From positions 1 to 38,866 of the IMG/VR virus record IMGVR_UViG_3300005805_000205: a stretch of DNA of 38,866 bases. One strand, given 5' to 3'. This DNA is from a virus. Its lineage: Duplodnaviria > Caudoviricetes. Below are positions 28,747 to 35,859 of this stretch, piece by piece (position 1 is the first letter of the stretch; each line of letters begins with the position of its first letter). The translations under genes and the position numbers were made by a program. The notes under the pieces were generated by a model. It had not been told where the DNA came from. It searched no databases and was given only the letters and a program-made list of their open reading frames with translations.

Positions 28747-28954
28747 AAAAGCTGAAGCTATTGAAGCAAACGTTATTAATATAGGTCAGACTAAAGAACC
28801 TATTTGGTATCCTATCGATTGGGAAAAGGTAAAGACCTTAGAAGATGTAAAGGTTATCTTAGAAAACATGGGTTTGGGATGCTATGATAATGCACCAGCT
28901 TATGAAGTATTAAAAAAGTATTGCTTCAGTAAGTATATTAAAATAGTTCAGTAA
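28706..28954 (+). CDS. Hypothetical protein
   Basis: 82 aa; IDWEKVKTLEDVK motif. Confidence 0.7.
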   Translation: MATTKKTTQKRSTKKAEAIEANVINIGQTKEPIWYPIDWEKVKTLEDVKVILENMGLGCYDNAPAYEVLKKYCFSKYIKIVQ

Positions 28955-29172
28955 TGACTAAAGAACAAGCCCAATTCATTAACAAGTTGTGCGAGAACAG
29001 CTCTACGACATGGACAATGTTACACATAGAGTATCAAAAGAAATTTGTTGATCCTTCTCTGTGGTACCAATCTCCTTCAGGTTACCAAAAAGATCTTCCA
29101 CTACCACACGGAAACCAAATAGAAGGTAGTGAGTTATGTAAAGAGGCTGAAAAGATATTAAATAAAATATAG
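28954..29172 (+). CDS. Hypothetical protein
   Basis: TAATG coupling; HGNQIEG..LC..A motif. Confidence 0.7.
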   Translation: MTKEQAQFINKLCENSSTTWTMLHIEYQKKFVDPSLWYQSPSGYQKDLPLPHGNQIEGSELCKEAEKILNKI

Positions 29173-29177
29173 AAGTT

Positions 29178-29294
29178 ATGTTGTATATTGCGATAGGATT
29201 AATTGGTACGTGGATATGGATAGCTTACGAAATTAAGAATGCTCCATATTATGACGAAGATACCAAGACATTCCACAAGAAACCAAAAAAATAA
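29178..29294 (+). CDS. Small single-TM protein (38 aa)
   Basis: AAGTTATG start; MLYIAIGLIGTWIWIAYEIKNAP...; not in the ORF track. Confidence 0.6.
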   Translation: MLYIAIGLIGTWIWIAYEIKNAPYYDEDTKTFHKKPKK

Positions 29295-29299
29295 AAGTT

Positions 29300-30187
29300 A
29301 TGAATTTAGGATATGCGTGCATCAATATGACTATGCAGAAACAGGTTAGTACGAATAGAACAATGATGAAACGCACATTCGAAGCCAAAGGGATGGATTA
29401 CGTTTCTGAATTGGCACTCCTAAATTCTAAAGATATCATTAAGATACTTGAATGGAACAGACAGCACGGAATAAAACTGTTTAGATTATCTTCTAGTATA
29501 ATTCCTTGGGGAAACAACATAGACATAACTCAACTAAAGGACTATAAAGAGATCAAGTCAGAACTAAAAAAAGCCGGAGACTTTGCCAAATTTTGGGACA
29601 TGAGAATTACATGTCACCCTGGTCCATTCGTAGTACTTACTTCACCAAAGGACAGCGTAGTCGACAATGCAATATCTGATTTAGAAATGCACGCCAAGTT
29701 ATTCGATATGATGGAGCTTTCTAAAACACCCTACAACAAGATCAACATACACTGCAACGGAGTATACGGAGATAAAGTAATAGCTATGGATAGGTTCTGT
29801 GAAAACTTTAAGAAGTTATCCAGTTCTGTACGTAAGAGATTAACAGTAGAGAACGACGATAAAGCATCTATGTATTCTGTTAAAGATCTAATGTACATTC
29901 ATAAGAAGATAGGAATCCCTATTGTATTCGACTACCATCACCATCAATTTTGCACTGGAGATTTATCAGAACAGCAAGCATTAGAATTAGCCGTATCCAC
30001 TTGGCCTAAAGATATAAAACCAATCGTGCACTATTCTGAATCAAAAGCACTACACGAAAACGACACTAAACAAAAACCACAAGCTCACTCAGAATTTATC
30101 AACTCACTTCCGAATACTTATGGAATAGAAGTGGATTGCATGGTTGAAGCGAAAGCAAAAGAGTTAGCAATATTACCCTTTTTATAA
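29300..30187 (+). CDS. uvsE: UV DNA damage endonuclease (UvsE/UVDE family)
   Basis: LGYACIN, LFRLSS, HPGPF.VL.SP, ENDD, DYHHH, HYSE, AHS and EAKAKE motifs. Confidence 0.95.
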   Translation: MNLGYACINMTMQKQVSTNRTMMKRTFEAKGMDYVSELALLNSKDIIKILEWNRQHGIKLFRLSSSIIPWGNNIDITQLKDYKEIKSELKKAGDFAKFWDMRITCHPGPFVVLTSPKDSVVDNAISDLEMHAKLFDMMELSKTPYNKINIHCNGVYGDKVIAMDRFCENFKKLSSSVRKRLTVENDDKASMYSVKDLMYIHKKIGIPIVFDYHHHQFCTGDLSEQQALELAVSTWPKDIKPIVHYSESKALHENDTKQKPQAHSEFINSLPNTYGIEVDCMVEAKAKELAILPFL

Positions 30188-30188
30188 T

Positions 30189-30431
30189 ATGGAAAATAAG
30201 ATAAACGCAAAGCAACAGAAAGAGTTACAACAGACCTTAGATAGCCTAAAGAAAACATTAGGCGATCTTGATGGTATGACTAACCTATTAGAAGATATGA
30301 AGAGCATATCCGAAAAGCTAAAGTTCTTGGACGATATAGACGAGAATTCAGATCCCGAAGAGGCGCTAAACAAGATGAAAGAAGTGTTCGAACAAGAAGA
30401 CGAGCCTGCGGAGGGAGAAGGTTTAAGTTAA
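30189..30431 (+). CDS. Hypothetical acidic coiled-coil protein
   Basis: 80-aa ORF. Confidence 0.65.
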   Translation: MENKINAKQQKELQQTLDSLKKTLGDLDGMTNLLEDMKSISEKLKFLDDIDENSDPEEALNKMKEVFEQEDEPAEGEGLS

Positions 30432-30432
30432 C

Positions 30433-30440
30433 ATATTTAT
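30433..30440 (+). promoter_or_regulatory. Putative phage late promoter ATATTTAT
   Basis: Intergenic, 5 nt before ATG 30446. Confidence 0.5.
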
Positions 30441-30445
30441 CCTAG

Positions 30446-31678
30446 ATGGCAGATAGACCAAGGATAAGAATAACCACACAGCAGAAATTCAATTTAAGAA
30501 ACTCATTAGCAGATTATCAATCTAATCAAGGTGGTAATGTGCAATTTCTAGAGACTGGTATAAAAACAGTTGGAATTCCTTCAACAACACCGAGCGTTTC
30601 CATAACTCCTTCGCTATCAGTTACACCAAGTATTTCCTCTACGCCTTCCTTATCATTGACTCCTAGCGTGACTGTTACTCCGTCTATAACCATAACGCCG
30701 ACTATTTCAATTACTCCATCGATAAGTGTAACGCCTAGTGTATCATTGACCTCATCAGTATCAGTGAGTCTTACTCCGAGTATATCAATTACACCGAGCA
30801 TATCAGTTACGCCTTCAGTAACAGTAACGCCGAGTACCTCAGTAACACCGAGCGTAACACCGACACCAACACCTACTCCGTTTGTACCTGTTCCTTCAGA
30901 TCCTACTTTGCAAATATGGTACGATGGAGCTGACGCAACACAGTTTCAACCGAGTAACCCAGCTTCTGGATCTGCTATCACGCAATGGACGGATAAATCT
31001 GCTACTGCACACAACGCTGCTCCTACAGGAGGACCTTCTACTAGACCTTTATTTGCTACTAATGTACAGAATGGAAAATCTTCTGTTTACTTTGATCAAG
31101 TAGAAGATGGCTTAGAAGCACCTATCTCTCAGTTGGCAAATTTAACAGCCTCTTCTGTTATTTGGGTTGGTAAAACATTTAGTCCAACTTCGAATCAACA
31201 AATATTACAAGCTGTAAATAAATCTGGTGCGTCATATACATCTACCAATGGATTACAATTATATGCGAGTGGATCTAATAATTTCGTAGTTGGATTCGCA
31301 GGTGCGAGCGCAGTTTCAAACGTACCTGTGGATGCAGGCTGGCACATACATACTCTGTTATTTGATGGTACACAGGTTGGAAATGACAATAAATTGAAGT
31401 ACCGTGTAGACGGAGTTCAACGACAATTGACTTTTGTAGGAAATGTAAGTTCTTCTACCGCTGCTACCAACAATGCAATGTTATTTGGAACAGACGCAAA
31501 TCTAAACAACGATTTCTTAGGATACATGGGTGAAGTACTCGTATACACCAAGACTTTAACAGGATCCCAATTATCTAATACAGAAGCCTACTTATTTACC
31601 AAGTGGAATACCATACCAGCTTCTCCGTCTCCGTCTCCTACACCAAGCTTTTCGGTAACGCCTTCAGTTTCAGGCTAA
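30446..31678 (+). CDS. Putative virion-associated protein: Ser/Thr/Pro repeat stalk plus LamG/concanavalin-like domain
   Basis: (TPSxSx)n tract followed by LQIWYDGAD...WTDKS...F.G.MGEVLVY.K.L.....E.YL..KW, typical of a lectin-like beta-sandwich. Confidence 0.75.
   Translation: MADRPRIRITTQQKFNLRNSLADYQSNQGGNVQFLETGIKTVGIPSTTPSVSITPSLSVTPSISSTPSLSLTPSVTVTPSITITPTISITPSISVTPSVSLTSSVSVSLTPSISITPSISVTPSVTVTPSTSVTPSVTPTPTPTPFVPVPSDPTLQIWYDGADATQFQPSNPASGSAITQWTDKSATAHNAAPTGGPSTRPLFATNVQNGKSSVYFDQVEDGLEAPISQLANLTASSVIWVGKTFSPTSNQQILQAVNKSGASYTSTNGLQLYASGSNNFVVGFAGASAVSNVPVDAGWHIHTLLFDGTQVGNDNKLKYRVDGVQRQLTFVGNVSSSTAATNNAMLFGTDANLNNDFLGYMGEVLVYTKTLTGSQLSNTEAYLFTKWNTIPASPSPSPTPSFSVTPSVSG
30584..30880 (+). 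repeat. Codon-diversified hexapeptide repeat (TPS[VILT][ST][VIL]), about 15 copies, then a (TP)n run
   Basis: Visible in the translation; DNA period is 18 nt with synonymous variation. Confidence 0.9.
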
Positions 31679-31717
31679 CACCTTACTTTTTTATTTTAAA
31701 AAGTTATAATAATTTAG

Positions 31718-31725
31718 TATATTTG
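31718..31725 (+). promoter_or_regulatory. Bacteroidota-type -7 promoter element TATATTTG
   Basis: Matches TAnnTTTG in an AT-rich intergenic gap, 4 nt before ATG 31730. Confidence 0.6.
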
Positions 31726-31729
31726 ATCT

Positions 31730-31891
31730 ATGACTAAGAGTAAGATTTTAGAACAGATCAGATACTGGAAAGAGGTATTCCAACCCGTAAACAATATGGG
31801 CAAGTGGTACGCATCAATAAGAATAGAAAAACTGACCGAGCAGTTAGAGAGACGCAATAAGAAACTAAACAAAAAGAAGAATGACAAATAG
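31730..31891 (+). CDS. Small basic protein (53 aa), probably leaderless
   Basis: MTKSKILEQIRYWKEVFQPVNNMGKWYASIRIEKL...; not in the ORF track. Confidence 0.6.
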   Translation: MTKSKILEQIRYWKEVFQPVNNMGKWYASIRIEKLTEQLERRNKKLNKKKNDK

Positions 31892-32096
31892 AAGAGACTT
31901 CCTTAAAAGAGGTCTATTCGCCTCGTTCGCACTCGCGCTCCCGATTAGTGCAAAACTACCCGATAATGTAGTAAATATAAAGGCAGACGAGAGAGCATTC
32001 ATGGTTAACGGAGTAGAAAGAATGAGAATCTACAGTAACGGTAACGTAGGAATAGGAACCATCGCACCACCATACGAATTAAAACTAAGCATATAA
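31881..32096 (+). CDS. Tat-signal mini-protein with one fibre-type GNVGIGT repeat
   Basis: NRRDFLK twin-arginine motif plus hydrophobic h-region; ERMRIYSNGNVGIGT. Confidence 0.7.
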   Translation: MTNRRDFLKRGLFASFALALPISAKLPDNVVNIKADERAFMVNGVERMRIYSNGNVGIGTIAPPYELKLSI

Positions 32097-32467
32097 TGGA
32101 AGAGATAAACATTCAGGAGTGGGACAACTTACAACCCGACCCGATAAGCAATAAAACAAAAATAGAACTAGCATTGATAGATCTATACAACAGACTAGAA
32201 ATGCCAGTCCCGACCAACCATCAACAGATATTGGACGAGTTAGCAGAAAAGTTATTATCGCCAGAAGACTCACTCACAGTCAAACAAGTTGACGGTTCCC
32301 TCGAGTCTTCGATAAGCGAGACCAAACTAAGAGTGCAAGCGAACAGTCCGTACAACGACGGTTGGACCCAAGAGCACTACAAAAAGGAATTGCAAGAGAC
32401 CGAAAACAGGGGAATACCAAGCCCAAACTTCATGTACAATTGGATAAGACAAAAAAGCGGCAAGTAA
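32096..32467 (+). CDS. Hypothetical protein
   Basis: 123 aa; contains SPYNDGWTQ..Y motif. Confidence 0.7.
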   Translation: MEEINIQEWDNLQPDPISNKTKIELALIDLYNRLEMPVPTNHQQILDELAEKLLSPEDSLTVKQVDGSLESSISETKLRVQANSPYNDGWTQEHYKKELQETENRGIPSPNFMYNWIRQKSGK

Positions 32468-33301
32468 ATGAAATTGAACCTAAACGTGCCGAGCTTTAAA
32501 GCCTTGGTAAAAAAGAGCCACTTCACCAAAAGCAGAGACGACGAGAACGAGTACTACGAGGTCTACGCGTTCGGCGTGCAGTCCGTAACGGGCAAAATAC
32601 TCACCTTTCACGTGATGACCGACTCGGGCATGATGAGAAGCAGAGTGCCAATAAGCGAGATCTACACCAAGACTCCAACAAAGGACGTGCCCTACAATTA
32701 CAAGCAGTTGTGGGACTGCTTTAGCGAGAACGCGAGCGTAACAGAGTACGAGTTCTTGGCCAATCACAGAGCGCAGGCCACGCTAAGGGACGGCAGTCAG
32801 GTTTGGTGCACGTACATGTTTACGATAGATTGGTACGACAACCCGTACAGCAACGAGCCTTCGGACTACAAGTGCGGACACGTACTAAAGAGCGACGATG
32901 GCTATTTGGTCTGCATGCCCAACAACAGACTGTTTTGGAAGGACTCGAATTGGGTTACCAAACCTCTACCGCAGGACTTGAAGCAGTTCAAGGTCGACAC
33001 GGAATTGGTTTCGGTCGAGAACCAATCGGACAGGTGGATTAGCGAGGACACGGACTCCTACTACTACGATATGGTCGAGGAGAGCAAGACGAAGCTGTTC
33101 TCAAGAATGGATATCGTAGAACAGAACGGCAACGAAGGCACTCACTACGAAGAAACGTGGATGGAGTTGGAGTACTACGAAGAGTACCAAAAAGCATTGA
33201 CCACGGGCATGTTCTTCGAGTGGTTTCCTCGATTGACCGGAGAATGGAGCAAGGACAAGTACGCGTTTTGCCACGAGATGAGGGCAAAAAGGAAGAAATA
33301 G
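32468..33301 (+). CDS. Conserved phage hypothetical protein
   Basis: FHVM..SG...RVPIS, QLWDCFS, YMFTIDW, KCGHV and PNNR pattern recognised from aquatic phages. Confidence 0.75.
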   Translation: MKLNLNVPSFKALVKKSHFTKSRDDENEYYEVYAFGVQSVTGKILTFHVMTDSGMMRSRVPISEIYTKTPTKDVPYNYKQLWDCFSENASVTEYEFLANHRAQATLRDGSQVWCTYMFTIDWYDNPYSNEPSDYKCGHVLKSDDGYLVCMPNNRLFWKDSNWVTKPLPQDLKQFKVDTELVSVENQSDRWISEDTDSYYYDMVEESKTKLFSRMDIVEQNGNEGTHYEETWMELEYYEEYQKALTTGMFFEWFPRLTGEWSKDKYAFCHEMRAKRKK

Positions 33302-33307
33302 TTTTTA

Positions 33308-33315
33308 ATATTTAT
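33308..33315 (+). promoter_or_regulatory. Putative phage late promoter ATATTTAT
   Basis: Intergenic, 11 nt before ATG 33327. Confidence 0.5.
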
Positions 33316-33326
33316 ACAGAAAAGAT

Positions 33327-33524
33327 ATGACAATCATAAGCAAGAACCACACAGACAGAACCTTTTACGACGTAACGGACAACAGTATCGAGTACACCGT
33401 TATAAAGTCCAGTATTAACGAAGCCGCAGTAGAATGGATGGCGGTGAAATACGGACCGTACCTAAACATCACGGACACCGAATTGGGTCAATCGTTGATC
33501 ACTTACTGTCAAGCAAATCCATAA
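33327..33524 (+). CDS. Hypothetical protein (putative late gene)
   Basis: 65 aa; follows ATATTTAT. Confidence 0.65.
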   Translation: MTIISKNHTDRTFYDVTDNSIEYTVIKSSINEAAVEWMAVKYGPYLNITDTELGQSLITYCQANP

Positions 33525-33542
33525 ACAAGAAAGCAATAGGTT

Positions 33543-33668
33543 ATGATAAAGAGATTGAACGGCAAAAACACCAAGCTTTTAGCAAGACTGTTGGGCACCT
33601 CGTCTCGTTACACGGACAGAGGATGGATCAACAGGTACCTATCACTACAAACGAGAATAGAGTTATGA
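33543..33668 (+). CDS. Small basic protein (41 aa)
   Basis: GGTTATG start; stop overlaps the next ATG; not in the ORF track. Confidence 0.5.
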   Translation: MIKRLNGKNTKLLARLLGTSSRYTDRGWINRYLSLQTRIEL

Positions 33669-33883
33669 CACCAAAAGAGAAAGCAGTAGAACTGTACAAT
33701 AGGTACGAACAGTTGGGTAGGGACTTCACAAGAGGAGTGTCGATGAAGCAATTCGCCAAAGAGTGCGCGCTGTTAACTGTAGACGAGATAATGAAGCCGC
33801 TACTCGAGAACCTAAGCAACGACATATCAGGAATTCATGCCATTTATTGGGAAAAAGTTAAACAAGAAATAGAAAAGTTATGA
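33665..33883 (+). CDS. Small phage protein (MTPKEKA family, copy 1)
   Basis: MTPKEKA.EL...AKECALLTVDEI...YWEKVKQEIEKL; AGTTATG start at 33665 rather than 33434. Confidence 0.75.
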   Translation: MTPKEKAVELYNRYEQLGRDFTRGVSMKQFAKECALLTVDEIMKPLLENLSNDISGIHAIYWEKVKQEIEKL

Positions 33884-34107
33884 CCAAGTACATCTGCTAC
33901 ATAAAGAGAGAGGACAGAATGGAGGAGCCCAAGACCATCACCGTAACCGAGAACGAGTTAATAGCCATAATAGAGGAAGGAAGAGCGGTACAAGGATACA
34001 GAATGGACCAGATAGAAATGATCACCACCAAGGAGGACACAGAAGACAATACCATATGCGCATACTCAGGATTACCATCACTAACAGAATACAATAAACC
34101 GTTATGA
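33880..34107 (+). CDS. Hypothetical protein
   Basis: ATGA coupling; ends C.YSGLPS..EY. Confidence 0.65.
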   Translation: MTKYICYIKREDRMEEPKTITVTENELIAIIEEGRAVQGYRMDQIEMITTKEDTEDNTICAYSGLPSLTEYNKPL

Positions 34108-34361
34108 AAATATACCTAACAGAAAGCTTCCACACACAAATCATCAAAGGCACCATAGACATAGAGCCAAGTAATTACCCCGAGCTAGAAGGCAAGACAG
34201 AGGAGGAGATCGTAGACTACCTAAATCAAAACAGCCACGAAATGTATCTGACCAAGGAGGACGAGGAAATGGGCTGGAGTATATACGACGTGCTGAGCGA
34301 GCAGGAAACGGTAAGAGAGAAGGAAAAGAACTACGAGACCCACATCTACATAGAAGAATAG
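34104..34361 (+). CDS. Hypothetical acidic protein
   Basis: ATGA coupling; YPELEGKTEEEI. Confidence 0.7.
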   Translation: MKIYLTESFHTQIIKGTIDIEPSNYPELEGKTEEEIVDYLNQNSHEMYLTKEDEEMGWSIYDVLSEQETVREKEKNYETHIYIEE

Positions 34362-34365
34362 AGAC

Positions 34366-34593
34366 ATGATACCCACACCAAGAGAGAAAGCCCAAGCACT
34401 AATAGACTACTACTACCAATTCATAGAGCAAGACTCTGAGTGGTGCATGATACAGAACAGTAAGTTATGCGCAAGAAGACTAATACAAGAGGTACTCGCA
34501 TCGACAAGCATACCAATACAAATAGAGTACTGGCTACAGGTGAATAGCGCAGTAGACGAAATCTCCTATATAGAAACGTACTATCCGCGCTAG
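34366..34593 (+). CDS. Small phage protein (MTPKEKA family, copy 2)
   Basis: TPREKA..L...SKLCA...EVL...YWLQV...VDEI aligns with 33665-33883. Confidence 0.65.
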   Translation: MIPTPREKAQALIDYYYQFIEQDSEWCMIQNSKLCARRLIQEVLASTSIPIQIEYWLQVNSAVDEISYIETYYPR

Positions 34594-34598
34594 AAAAC

Positions 34599-34656
34599 TA
34601 TATCTAATTAGATATAAAAGTATCTCCAAACGCTAAATTATATCTAAAGAGATATA
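34599..34656. repeat. Two TATATCT-N4-AGATATA palindromes, 40 bp apart
   Basis: TATATCTAATTAGATATA at 34599-34616 (perfect 18-bp palindrome) and TATATCTAAAGAGATATA at 34639-34656. Confidence 0.9.
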
Positions 34657-34688
34657 AAATCCGAGAGAGCATACCAAATAGCGGGTGG

Positions 34689-34722
34689 TAAAAAGTGTCA
34701 ATTTGTGTTAAAAAGTGTCAAT
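34689..34722 (+). repeat. Direct repeat TAAAAAGTGTCAAT x2, 20-bp period (iteron-like)
   Basis: 34689-34702 and 34709-34722 are identical. Confidence 0.9.
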
Positions 34723-34769
34723 CCTAGAGAGAGGTTCTACGGGCGTAACTGCCCCATGGTGTGGAACTT

Positions 34770-34777
34770 ATAAATAT
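34770..34777 (-). promoter_or_regulatory. Minus-strand ATATTTAT motif facing the repeat region
   Basis: ATAAATAT on the + strand is the reverse complement of the putative late promoter. Confidence 0.35.
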
Positions 34778-34907
34778 CTCCCAATCTAATCCTGCCATTC
34801 CAGGTTTACGTATTTACTCCCAAACGTAATCCAATTAGCCATTCCAATACAATATGGCCATCAGAGCCAATGCAGACCGTGCTTGTAGAACCACATGGAG
34901 AAGAAAA

Positions 34908-34961
34908 TGTTCTACGTAGAACACAACTGATTGGTTCTCAATGGGTGTTCCATGCAGAACA
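34908..34961. promoter_or_regulatory. Two parS-like 16-mers
   Basis: TGTTCTACGTAGAACA (34908-34923, perfect palindrome, 14/16 to TGTTCCACGTGGAACA) and TGTTCCATGCAGAACA (34946-34961, 13/16). Confidence 0.5.
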
Positions 34962-35124
34962 TTGGTTTCCAACCTGTTGCAACTGATTGGTTCCCAAGGA
35001 AGAATTTTTAAAATAGTTGCTAAAATATTTTTTTGGTAAGCCAAATTGTGGTACTTTTACCCTGTTAGCCGCCCACCCTGTGATAGTACAGACCGAGGCC
35101 AACAAGTTGAAAACCAATTAGTTA
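34924..35124 (+). promoter_or_regulatory. Promoter island C
   Basis: Boxes at 34924-34936, 34967-34979(-), 34980-34992 and 35112-35124(-); TAAAATAGTT at 35009; TACTTTTACCCTGTT at 35052-35066. Confidence 0.7.
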
Positions 35125-35414
35125 TGAGAAAAATGATTCAATCCAATGCCAGCGTAAGTTTCAACGCAGTAGTCTCCTATACAGATATCTTGGGAAAGAG
35201 ACACAATATCGCGTGTCGCACCCGTAACCAGATCAAGCAGGCCAACGCTTTCTTATCTATGTTCAAGCGCGAAGGCACCACGGTCAAAGCTTTGGCTGCG
35301 CAGTACAACGTTAAGTGCGGTAAGTTCCAGAACGTAAGCAGGCTAATCAACGACATCGTTATGGTTGGTTTTACTAGAGAGGCTGCTAAAAGAATCGTTG
35401 CTTCTTCTCTATAA
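35124..35414 (+). CDS. Basic hypothetical early protein
   Basis: AGTTATG start at 35124 downstream of island C. Confidence 0.7.
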   Translation: MRKMIQSNASVSFNAVVSYTDILGKRHNIACRTRNQIKQANAFLSMFKREGTTVKALAAQYNVKCGKFQNVSRLINDIVMVGFTREAAKRIVASSL

Positions 35415-35458
35415 TCCAAGCGGGCATTAGTTATTATTAAATTAAATAAAAGTTATAT

Positions 35459-35806
35459 ATGAAAGCAGTATTAGAAACGGTTGTAGAACAACCAACGGAG
35501 TCACACATGGAGTTTATGTATCGTAGATCTAGCGCAATGGCAGGCATGATCGGTCTATTGAGCAGTAGATTGGAGATACTGGAAATTGAATTGAGATGGG
35601 ACGTAAACGACGAGCAGGCTCCAATGTATGTAAGACGCAATGCGAAGCGTATGAGAGAGGAGATACTCGAAACTTTGATCAAGTACCAACAAGAATGGGC
35701 TGAGATGCAACAGTACGAAGAGGGTGAGATTGGCATGGACATACACAAGCGCAAGATGAATGAGTACACCACGGAGTTAAATGCACTCAAGACTTTAGCT
35801 TTATAA
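35459..35806 (+). CDS. Hypothetical helical protein
   Basis: AAATAAAAGTTATATATG leader; 115 aa. Confidence 0.7.
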   Translation: MKAVLETVVEQPTESHMEFMYRRSSAMAGMIGLLSSRLEILEIELRWDVNDEQAPMYVRRNAKRMREEILETLIKYQQEWAEMQQYEEGEIGMDIHKRKMNEYTTELNALKTLAL

Positions 35807-35810
35807 TATC

Positions 35811-35840
35811 GCCAGAATTTGTTATATTTACCTATATTCG
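35811..35840 (+). promoter_or_regulatory. Putative host-type promoter
   Basis: GCCAGAATT...TATATTTAC (35823-35831) mirrors GCCAGAATT...TAATTTTAC of island A. Confidence 0.5.
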
Positions 35841-35859
35841 TTAATCAAAAACAATCAAA

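Noticed and set aside
33434-33664. Long N-terminal extension of the MTPKEKA protein
   Set aside because: It overlaps two other ORFs; the family motif and AGTTATG leader place the start at 33665.
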